Shown here piece by piece: positions 25,182-64,000 of a stretch of 64,000 nucleotides of DNA. Source of the DNA: Tubiluchus corallicola (taxonomy: Eukaryota; Animalia; Priapulida); contig JAQGDQ010000100.1 of the NCBI GenBank assembly GCA_030141605.1, positions 62,001-126,000 of the forward strand, read 5' to 3'. The stretch's first letter is position 1. The number at the start of each line of letters is the position of its first letter. The notes beneath the pieces are model-generated. The model saw only the letters and a program-made list of their open reading frames with translations. It searched no databases and was not told where the DNA came from. A program made the position numbers and the translations under genes.

Positions 25182-27079
25182 AAATATCAATCACTTAAAA
25201 AACGTGAAGCGAATATAACCTTTCTGATCACCAGCTAGACGTTCGGTTTCATTTTTCTAACTTCTACATTTTGGTATTATTTAGTAACTGTATGAATAGA
25301 TTCATCTCGCATTCAAGTAAATATTAATTTAAGTAATTATAGTCTGCACTTATTCTCTTCTTTAGTATGGTATAAATATACTTCATGTTGCCCATTATTT
25401 TATAAGGGAAATTTAATAGATTGTAATAAAATGTTAAACATCGACCTTTGTCATAAATAGTCCGACAGATAGTTACAATTTCAAAATCTAACTTATACTT
25501 TAGACGCTATCAGTTTACTTTACTCCGTTTCATTTCACTCGTTATAGTTTCAGAGCCATCATAATGTTCCAGCTGAATATGAAGTTTATAATGTTATAAA
25601 CGCAAAATCATTTTACCTATAGTATATAAACATTATATTATATATTTTTAAATTTATGATTAAATTTTGAAAGTAGGCTAGTAAGACTTATTTTTGAAAA
25701 AAGTATTTTTGATAAAGATGGTTCATCACTTCTCCTACCTTAAGTGAATCAGTAACATTTAGCAGGCCGATATACTTAACTAAAAAATACAACAGACTGG
25801 ATAAGCGAACCGTCTGGCATTCTGAATTTGGGGAAAAAATTTTTATACTTAATATGACATGTTACTGATTTGTAAGCTGTGCAGCCAGACCCGCCCCGAG
25901 GCAAGTTTACTCAACTAAAATGACGAATTTCAAGCTGGTTTCCATATTCGAGTGAATTTCGTTAAAGCAGTTTCTTAATTGGCTTTCCACGATATTAAAC
26001 AGGCACTGGTTTATACATATACTCCATGCAACACAGTCAGTAACTGCAGTAGTAGTGAATATAGTAGCAAATTATAGAAATTCCTACTTTTGACTACATA
26101 TGGTTCAAGGATAAAAGCCATCCTTATTGATGAGAATCCAACGAACCATAATGCAAAAACAATAATAACAAAAAGTTGTCAGAAACGATGATTTGTACGA
26201 CGTGTGAGAGCCGTCAGTCAGGGTGTTAGATTAGCTGATCGTGTCCGACAGTTTCTCCAATTGTTGGCATTTAATAAGTTGAAGATATTTCCCGTAAGCA
26301 TATTTTATAAAATTAACTCGAAACATCCCTGGAAAGCCCTTTAGATGGCGCAACCTGCCTACAGCTCAAGCGGAACGCATTTTTGACCTGGTACATAGAA
26401 AATAGCACAAAGGTTCGTGGTCTTAACTGCTCAGCTACATTTAATTCTATTACTATATTTAAAACTATACGTAGCTTGGTAAAGATAAAAAGCAAATACA
26501 CAAAAATGATTCATTTTTCTTTTCTACAAACGTCACACTATAACATTACTAACACTATTAACATTCCAATACATATACTGGTTAGCTTCATTCCTTTGCG
26601 CGTGAAGATAGACTGTCAATACCAATTTAATAACATTCAATTTTTGCTGATTTGTGACAGCAAACATAGAAAATTTTATTTATTTAACTTATCCTCTTTA
26701 GATTTCAATTCAAATAACAAAATATATTAGGATGTACGACAGTAGTTCCTTTCAAGGTCCATTCATATTGACTGATGTTGTTTGATTATCTTTCATGGAA
26801 AGTAATTAACTTTTAGTGAACGAATTTTCAAAGCACCGCAAAAGCGTACTTTTTAACCGCAACCACATTTCCCTTTGACAAAATTTGACAAAAAACGGGA
26901 CTTATGTTAGTAACAATTTATATGTTGTTGGTGCACTGATGACGGTGCATTGTTGTTGATGCACTGTTGTGATCCAGTATTGGTGGTACACTTGCTACCG
27001 TCGTTGTCACCCCAGTTTCTGAAAAAAGCCAGCTATACTGCGAAGAAAATTGTTTTAAGATTTCAAAGCCAAAATCCTC

Positions 27080-27330
27080 TGAATTTTGCGATAATAACGA
27101 AATATTTACACAGTATTTTAGCCAAATGTCCGATGGAGATGATGGACAACAACTTCCATTGTTTCTTTGTCAAACCATTCTTCAATCACTCATCACCGCT
27201 CGTATCAATAAAATACTGTACCTCAGCCAAAAGAAATCACCTGGGCAAGATGATCGACGTACGATCTTCTTTAAAAATATGCTGAATACGCTACTCAGCT
27301 TTTGCGTGACTAGCAAATATCTCCATCTTT
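27080..27330 (+). mobile_element. Possible highly degenerate non-LTR (LINE) ORF2 fragment
   Basis: Translation LFLCQTILQSLITARINKILYLSQKKSPGQDD..IFFKN resembles the 'L..KKSPG.D.I...F.K' segment that precedes the RT domain in CR1/L2-type LINEs. Short and degraded. Confidence 0.4.
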
Positions 27331-27518
27331 AGTTAGATTAGTCTCATTTATCCCTACACAGTGCATACAAAGGCAATAATGAAGGGCATAAAATCAAATC
27401 AAATGCCTCGAATTACCGCTGCCAATTATTTGTAAGTCTTTAAACCCACATACTAAATGAGCATTTACAAATTTTCTTGGATAAAAATAACCTTCGTGGG
27501 ATGCATTTTCTTCATGGT

Positions 27519-27574
27519 ATTGGATTTGCAATTCAAAGGTTCCCGGTTGAAACCAGGCCCAGTTCGATTTTTTC
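27519..27574 (+). mobile_element. tRNA-derived SINE-like fragment (copy 1)
   Basis: ATTGGATTTGCAATTCAAAGGTTCCCGGTTGAAACCAGGCCCAGTTCGATTTTT has an anticodon-arm/B-box-like layout and aligns with the reverse complement of 62191-62247. Confidence 0.5.
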
Positions 27575-30500
27575 AAATTTCCTGTCAAATCTGGTTTCAA
27601 AAATATTGTCGTTATTTTGCTTCCACAACTGTCGTCGTAGTCGTTGCCATTGCTATAGGTGCATTATAATAGTGCTTTTGCTGTTGTTAAAGTTGTCGTT
27701 TTTATTCCTGTCACATCGTCGGGTTGTCGTCGTTATTGCTATTTTGATACAAACCAGCAGTAAAAGAGGCGGTGACTGCTGTTGCTGCTGCTGCTCACAA
27801 TTTGAATGCCAAAGTTCATAATTGGCTATCGTGCACTTTTTATTCAGGAAACCACATTTTATTCAGAAAACCGCACATCTAATCATATACGTTTATTCAG
27901 CTTGCAGCCGACTTCGCCGAGTAAATATGAACACATTTTTCTCCTCAAATCTGGTTATTATACTGCCACCTGCTGCTGTTTCTGCCACAGCTACTGCTGT
28001 CGCCACCACTGCTGTTATAGTTGTTGTTTTGCAGAGAAAAACGACAGTCTTATGAACAACACACAGCCAAATGCAGTTAATCAGCCTCTTTATTGTCAGT
28101 AGAAATGTCGTTTGTCTACATTTGGGCCAGAGGACAATACATTTGTGTGGTAGCAAACGTTTTAACATTATTAATTAGCAACAAGTAATCAATTAGATAA
28201 TTATCTTGATTTAGAAGGAAAGTTAACGAGCAGTTTAATTAGTTACGCTGAAAAGAGAGGAAGGCTTTTGTGAGCCGTTTCTCTCTTTGGTCACTGTACG
28301 AATTCAAGCGTGATTTTTATCTTGAACCGAACTTTACAGCTGTTAATTAATTTCAGTGGAAAGCTTGGTAAGTGTCAGGGCTTCGATTACTGGCAGCACG
28401 TGTTTGGTCTGTTCAAGAGAGGGCCTGACATGCCCTAAGTTATAGGAAAACGTCAGTAATATCATTCGAAATCTAAGTCTGTTGTTGAGGATTTTTATCC
28501 CCACCTCCTTTAGAAACTAAAGCAAATACTCATTTATCTGAATTGTTACTAATCAAATATAACAGTTATGAAACAGCGAGAGAACGATGTAAGAAAGAGA
28601 ATAGGGTTTCAAGAATTACATTGCGTTGGATTTTTGACGTTTATTGGATTTTTTCTACAGTTGTGCGCCGCAAGCCCGAAAAATAAATCAAATACAGGGC
28701 CTTTAGAAGGTCCTGTTAGTGGCGAGACGAGAGTTTGGCTCATTATCAATGCTAACTCTCAACCTGCAGCGCCATCTGAGTCACGGACGGAGGCTACCTC
28801 GATAAAATGAACTGCCATAATCAGCAGGTGGAATGAAGCTTCCTATAACGAGTATATTAAATGCAAGCGGTTACAAACAATTTTGTGAACAGCCTTGCGT
28901 TGCTTAATTTCAATCGCGAAGCACACTTGTGACTCTTCCTCAAACCTCACAACTTAGAAGCCAGAGTTCAATAATGGCTATCACGCATACCCACATTTTA
29001 TTAGAAAACTGCAACTTGCCAGAGTTGTTATGTCCATACACGTTTATTCAAGGAAATGAGGCCAGATGAGTGGCAATTTATTATAGATACTAATCATTAA
29101 ACTCTTCATTTAAGTAACTAAAAAAATAGCGGGAGCGATTTACAATATTTTTAATCAATATCAATAATTATTTGTTTGTCTGCAATGTCTCTACATTTAA
29201 AAATTCAGATTGTATATATGACTTGTTTTATTGCATTGTATGTATCTTGGTACTAATAAATATGAATTTGATTATTCACCATACAGGGGACTTCGCTGAG
29301 TAAATGTGAATAGGTTTAGCTGATCAAATCTGACGACTATACTGTCGCACGCTGCTCATTGCCAGAAAAATGGGACAGCTACATCGCTGTTCTTCTTATA
29401 CATTATTTAATTTCAAGCCGATTTTGATTAACTATAGCCTCATACTAACAAACTATGATAAAACCTTTTTTTCGAATTAACGTAACAGCTAACGGTTTAT
29501 TCCATTTCCCGTAAGTAATTTAGTCGCCAAGGTTTAAATTTAATTGACAATAAAATAAAATAACTGCTAAATTGATATATTTCAACATTCTAGTCAAAAT
29601 GGAATCTGGAATGTCTGGGGACATGCGATCGTAAAATTATTGATTCAGTTTTGTTAGATTTGCGAATGGCAACATGAACGATCTTAAGTTTATAATTCCA
29701 TATATCAGTGAATAATAAACTAGATTATACTGCTGGTACTACGATCGTAGTCAGATGTAGACCAACTAGATGGCTGATGGCTGAAATAGCGCGATATCTT
29801 TAACTTGTCAAAAACTTTACGACCCTTGTTGACGATTTGGTATAAGAAGACATATAAGACCAACTGACGCAACAATCAAAAATGTAGAAATGGTTTTCTT
29901 GAAAGTCATGATATAATTACTGTCCAACTCACAAAATAAGTCATACTTTACCAGTAAAGCAGAATAAGGTGGTTTATTCTCCCGTACTTCTTCTGCCTTA
30001 CAGGAAACACAAAAATTTCAAACTACTTCAAAAGAAAAAAATTAGCAGTGTTCGTATTCGCAACCAACTGTGTAGTCGCGATGCCAGTTTTCATTACTTT
30101 CTTTCTTAAAGTTTCTTTGCTCTGTTATCAAAACTTATTAAACGATTTATCGTTAAATGAAGCACATGACACTTTTTCATTAAGTAAAGCATGTGACACA
30201 TTCTGTTTATTTAAATTATAATTTGACGAACAGTATTATTATTATTACTGACATTATGAATCACGTACTGTATTAGTTTATCTAGCAGCTATAACTAACA
30301 ATAGTTAACCTTTAACTCAAAAATTATGTCACCAAGCTTGTACGATAGTAATAGTCCCAAATGTTCAACAGAGTAAGATCGGATTTTAGTTTTAGAAAGC
30401 TTAGACAAGCAGTCGGGATTGATAGTTGATGTCAGTGTTATGTGAGTAACTGTTTTGTGCAAAAGCATTTTGACTTATCGAAACAACATAGTCAGTAACC

Positions 30501-31456
30501 ATTTGTCAGATATTAATATTTTTTACTTGAATAGCAAACTTTTTTAAAATTTTAACCTTTGGCATTGAATTTCAATAACAGAATTTCACAAACATGTATG
30601 TTTAATTATAGCGAATTTTTTATACAAGGGCCAGTGGCCACTCAGGATAAGGGGGCCATAGACCGAAGGGAGAAATATGAATAAAAGTTCAGGGAAATAG
30701 AATTTTTATACTAATTTGCTGCATCTAAGAAATGTCCAGGGCAAAGAATGTGAGATAATATTATATAAAACAGCTACCAATATAATATATTATGTAAAAC
30801 AGGTGCTGTGAGTGAACTTAATAAGTCCTATGACGAGAGCCATGAAGCACTTTCCATTATTGAGCCCCAAGTATCAATTAAACCATTTTTTTGATGTAAG
30901 AAAACAACATTTGGCTTTAATAATCAACTTTATTTCCTAACACACAGCAAATTCACCCCGAGCTCAATTTCGCTTTTTTACTGAAAATCAAGATAGAAAG
31001 ACATACATCTTATAGAAATAGCCATAACATTTTAACATTCCTGAGAATTTTACCGACTACAGACGACTAGATACATATAGCTTCTCCAATTTTACCACCA
31101 TGTTACGGCCCCTGCTTCTGAACCTTTTGCATAATAAACTGATCACTTGGCGCGTTTTAGTAAAATTAAACCTTCTAAAAAGCGTTTCTGCCTGGGCGAG
31201 CTCATAACAAAATCGGCTGCTTGGGTTGCTAATACTTTAATGAAAACGTATTGACAAATGCTGAATAATTTATTGAGATTCGCGTGGTCGCTTGTTTACG
31301 TTATGCAATATAAATCGAACCGAGGCTTATTAATTTTACTGAAGTTTCTACTAATAAACGCGTAAAAGTTATTAGCGGTGAAAAGACACAGTTTGGTTAA
31401 ATTTTAATCAATGAATTTAGGTGAATTTAAGTGCTTCTTTTGGACACCGACTAGTG

Positions 31457-31680
31457 ATGCTGTTGTTGTTGCTGTTGCTGCTGCTGCTGCTGTTGCTGTT
31501 CTCGTTGTTATTGTCGTTGACTTTGTTGTTGTTGCTATTGCTGTTGTTGTTGTTTTTGTGTTTGTTGTTGCACTGTTGCTGCTACTGTCGTTGTAAGCCG
31601 TAGTTGCTCCTGCTGTTGGTATTGTTGGTGCATTTGCTGTTGCTGTTGCTATTGTCGTCATCGTCATTGTTGTTATTGCT
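31457..31680. repeat. Degenerate (GTT/GCT)n trinucleotide tract
   Basis: Directly visible; explains the poly-T/V/L ORFs. Confidence 0.85.
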
Positions 31681-33468
31681 GAAATTCGTCGAGAAAGACA
31701 CTCTTTGTGTTTTATTAAATCTTAATTGAGTAATAATGGTAAATTTAATTTTACCACCTCAATAGTTTGATAAACACAAATGTGAAATTCATTTTACGGT
31801 CGCAGGTCGGCCAGAATGCTTTACTTTTTCCCGTCTAATCAACTACATTAACATTATCAATCTACTAGTGTAGATACTCTGAGTTGCAGCGTAACTTTAA
31901 ACTGCTACTGATTGGAATTTTTTCTAATTAGCGGCTAACTGTGATATGCAGATACAATAAATCGGTAAACAATTTTATTAGAAGCATACTGTGACCGCCG
32001 TGCTACATAGCCAGAAGACTCTAGAGTCACTGTAATAACATTTACATGCTTTCTTGATTGCTTAATTGCTTCTGCTTTATGGAGGCCTATGCAGCCTTAT
32101 TAATAAATTGGTCAGGTTATAGCAGCTTCAACAGCACAGTAACACCGTGCAAACAACAGGTATTAATGACCTGGTAACAAATTAATAACAAGATTTTGTT
32201 ATGATTAGGCATGCCCCAAGTATTGCTAAATATCCTTTAAGTCACAATACCATGACAGCGTACGAAACTCAAGTTTTACTAGAGTGGAGCACGAAGTATA
32301 TGTATATATTCCTTCAACTGTAACCTGGCGACAGATATACGGTAATTATTAAAATTAGCAGTCATTACTATTTATCATTAAATGAAGGTTATAGACTTGT
32401 CCCTTACCAGAGCTAGAGACCACATATGCCCTGATTTTGAAGCTGTACATGTATATGTGTATTTACTGATTCGTCTCTCACTTTAAAGGAAAACACTAGT
32501 CACTTAGCGTATTAGTTTTATTTTACTGTTATCACTTAAGCTTACAAAAATATAACAAATAAATTTGCAAAAAACTGTCAGTAAAGCATAAAGTTAATTT
32601 TCTAGTTAAGTAAGTTGCACGGACATTTTCAGGCGCGATGGTGGCCACCATTCACCTGAAAATTATGACGTAACTTGTGACTTTTCCTAAGCGCAACGTG
32701 ACTTTCAATAAGCGCGCTGCTTAATTATTTCAAACTTCTGCAGCTTACCTAATATCACAAAATTAGCTATCTAAGCTTCTTGTAAAAACTTTTAGCGGAA
32801 ACTGACAGTGTGTTGCTTTTCTTTAACGGGTAAATAACATCATTGGTGGAAGAATGGGCGTTCTAAATGGGAGCATCCAAGCGTGAAATGTCTGCGACTT
32901 TAAAGAGATTTTACTAATTACACGAGGCGCTTATCACAATTTTATTACTAAATCGTTACTAGATCTCACGAACATTGAAATAAGCCAAGGTTGGCCTTTC
33001 CTTTTTACCGCAATTATTTACAAATAGAAATGCATTCCCAAAATAATATGTGGAAAATTGATCCCAAGTGCAAAAAATGATTGCATTGTTCTAGTTACTA
33101 TAATTCTAAAAGTTAACTAATTCCAAATACTTTTAATGGCGAAATGTCGGTAGATCCACTTTGTCTTACAATACTTGCACCACAGTAGACCTCAGTCTGT
33201 ATGATCTCAAAAATTCTGATCTCATTTGAATTTCAGATTGTTATTAAAGCTGAAATAGACATGACATGAGATCTTTCCATTACGAAAAAATTGCGAAACA
33301 TGTGCGTAACACTGGACTATTGCATTTATTGTATATAATTTGTGCTAATGTGACGGTAATGCCAGATTTCAAACAATGTTGTTTTAATTCACTTTTACAA
33401 GTTATGCAAATCATAAGTCCGATTATTTGTTTCATTATTTCGCTTTAATCATCGCATATATATTTGCG

Positions 33469-33767
33469 GATTCGCGCGAATGCTCATCATGTGACTGTCG
33501 ATGACAATGACGTCAGGCGCGCGAATCGTCTGCCCACACCACCGCCCCCTGTCAGAAAAGAATCCATCGTACTTGTGCTATGCAGAGTTTATATTCCTAG
33601 TACAGGCACCGTTTACATAGTAAATACGTGTGCACTCATATCACTTGTCTTTGTGTTGAATAAAGGTTAAGAACTGTGGCGAAATTTTGTAATAATAAGT
33701 TCGTCACCGTGAGCTTGTGAACATTTGTAGCCCGTTTCTTCAAATTCCAATTGCTTTAAAACTATAG
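33469..33767 (+). promoter_or_regulatory. Putative promoter and non-coding first exon of the CCHamide-like gene
   Basis: CpG-rich patch with palindromic CRE TGACGTCA (33508-33515) and CCGCCC (33542-33547). Strong donor TAG|GTAAGT at 33767/33768, which pairs plausibly with acceptor TTTCAG| at 34933 before the signal-peptide exon. TSS not determined. Confidence 0.55.
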
Positions 33768-35008
33768 GTAAGTTACTCTATTTTAACAGTCTTTGGTAAA
33801 ATTGTTTTACTGGGCAAATTCCTTGGCAAAGACAAACTAAATCGAAATTTCAATTGTCACCAATAGCTTCTTTCTTTATTGGTAGCCTAGTTTATTGGTT
33901 TTGGCTGTTTTCTATACTTTAAATTTCTGTAAGCGTCATGCACTGACAAAACTTTTGCTACGAAATTATAAATGGAAAAATGGAATTATTAAGTAGAGTT
34001 TGACACATACGCTCGACCACTACGTTTTCTAAACTGAATTTAAATTAAAATACATAATAAAATTAATCCCATAATAAATAATGGGATTCTGAAAGAAGGA
34101 GCTGACAAGTTGTTAAGTATCTTTCCTGTTATGTATACAGTTATTTACTAACTTATAACTATGACATGAGGTCTGAATAGGTCGAGACCGCTTCGATGCT
34201 TTAAAATATGCAAACAGGCGCATTGAAAAAATGGCTATAACTGAAATAAACAAGTCAAGTTTAACTATGCCTATCAGACATATTTGTTTTGTTTTGAGTC
34301 CGTAACAGTTCATGAAGGTGAGCCTGTAACGTGTCAATAGCAATGTTCGATTATCAACCAGTCAATACATCAATCAAGGTTTTATCAATGAATGAATTTG
34401 TGAACGGTGCACTTTGAATGTTGAGGAACCTAAACACGTACAGATCTTTAATACTCACTGTAACTTGATCGTAATACTTACGATCGAATGCATGGTGTTG
34501 AAGCTCTAACATTTACAGCAATGAGAATACACTGTGTGTATATTGTGTGTAATGCTATAAAAATAAGGTAGAAACTTTCCGTGCACGCAATGCTGGAATT
34601 CTAGTTGAGTGACATTTCATGTTCTCCTCAAGTTACCGCTCACTGACAATTAAAGGTAATTGTGAATGAAACATTCAAACTTAGCTGTCCTTGATAGACG
34701 CATTTGTTTTATATTTGTGGTAACTAATGGAGGCAAGATTGTAACGTGTCAATATTGTCATGTAACTGGTCATCATTGCTGAAATTCATGAAAAAAAATC
34801 GAATTGGCTATCTGAGGCAGTGAGAATACTGCTTTAATTTTACGCGCATATACTAGAAATTTAATGGAAAATAGTAATTCCACATAAGTGTATGAAAGCA
34901 GATTATAAGATGTAATTGTTATTGTAATTTCAGCTGAGAAAAAAACGATAAAGAATCTTAGTGGAGTGTTGTGGATGCGATACAACGTTCAGTCAAACAG
35001 CCAACACA

Positions 35009-62821
<27,813 letters not shown>

Positions 62822-64000
62822 GAGGAAAATTTTATCCTATCTGATGCGGAAATCTCTTTCTCGGTAGAGAACAAAAAAGTTTCGATCAACTTCTTTAATA
62901 ACACGAGATCGATGAAGCCGTGTAAAGCAGCCACTGATGTATGCCTATAAATGTTACATGCCATAGAACATGACAACAATAATCGTGTAGTCTTCGTGAT
63001 TTAAAAATAATTCTTTTGCAAAGCAGTTCACACTTTGTTTTACATATAATTATAATTAAACTTTATGAACTAAGCAGCTGGTTTGAAATCTGAAGAAGAG
63101 AAAATTGAGGGAAAAACTGAGCGGAGTAGCATAGGTGTGAGGAAAAGTTATCGAAAAAATTTGTCGAAAATAAAATTAAACTAATGTGAATGCGTTTGCC
63201 TTATTTATTTGAAAAATGTAAGTCATGTGCACTATTTGGTTTCATCGCATTAGATCTTCAGAAACTTGGTGGATCAACAGGCCAAATGTTTGAAAATAAG
63301 ATCATAAGTATGCGACACGTTAACGAGTTTTAACAATTTAATACCATTTATTGTTTGTCGTACTGACGGTCAAATATTGATATTGCACATAATTTTCTTT
63401 CGGGAGAAAGGACGCATTAATTTTCTTTTTTATATTTTATACTAGGTTTCCCCTTATGGTACATAAAAACAGGCTGGATTGGTCATATCTAACCTATCTG
63501 TGACCTGCAAAATTTCTTTCCCAGGGACAATCAATAATTCCAGTATAAACTAATTCAGCTTCTTCAATGTGCACTTCTTGCAACCTGTTACATCTACATT
63601 TATACTTAAATTATTCTTGCTGTTTTATTTTAAGTATTATTGTAACAAGTGTACGTGTGCTGTGTCATATTGTGTGACTACATATGCTAGAGCAATATAT
63701 TTATGCAACCATTATCGAAGCCAAATTAATTTAAACCGATTATACAAATTGTATATCTGACAACTAGTCAATAATAATTACCAGCATTTTCTCTTCTAAA
63801 TAATTATTAAAGTTTTGCGTGTATCTTTTGAATGGATTTCTAGGTTTGTGTGAAACACGTCAATTCAATTACTATCCTGAGCATGGTAATTTGCTACAAG
63901 TTTCATAGTGAAAATGATCATTCATTCCGGTGGCTTATCAAATCTGTTATTGCCATTTTCATATTAACATTAAACACTGTAGCTAGGATGCCTTTCATGG

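Noticed and set aside
25179-25238. Stop-codon readthrough supplying a prenylation motif to the Rab
   Set aside because: The readthrough frame (KYQSLKKREANITFLITS*) contains no cysteine.
27519-27574. Functional tRNA gene (also 62191-62247)
   Set aside because: No acceptor stem or D-arm and a corrupted T-loop; better explained as SINE-like remnants.
28568-28810. 80-aa ORF or secreted peptide exon
   Set aside because: No recognisable motif and no in-phase partner exons found; treated as a non-coding island.

Overview
AT-rich eukaryotic (animal, probably arthropod) genomic DNA with long, microsatellite-rich introns. Most ORFs in the supplied track are spurious. I rebuilt three intron-containing genes by hand from GT-AG junctions and phase continuity. 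(1) A minus-strand 7-exon EF-hand gene of the sarcoplasmic calcium-binding protein/calexcitin type (CDS 10518->4478, ~306 aa). (2) A divergent plus-strand 6-exon atypical large Rab GTPase (17273-25181, ~568 aa) with a ~340-aa low-complexity N-terminal extension and a polybasic, cysteine-free C-terminus. (3) A ~29-kb plus-strand neuropeptide precursor gene almost invisible to the ORF track: signal-peptide exon 35009-35087, a 36-nt microexon 56518-56553, then 60682-61001 and probably 62765-62821. It encodes a CCHamide-family peptide predicted as GCLNYGHSCLGGF-amide, ending in Phe instead of the family-defining His. Also present: a decayed BEL/Pao LTR retrotransposon with its 3' LTR (1-2694), three TIR/MITE elements, a ~200-bp long-range inverted repeat between the two divergent genes, tRNA-derived SINE-like and LINE fragments, and candidate antisense spliced ORFs inside the neuropeptide intron. 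All gene models are hand-derived and unverified by transcripts or database searches.
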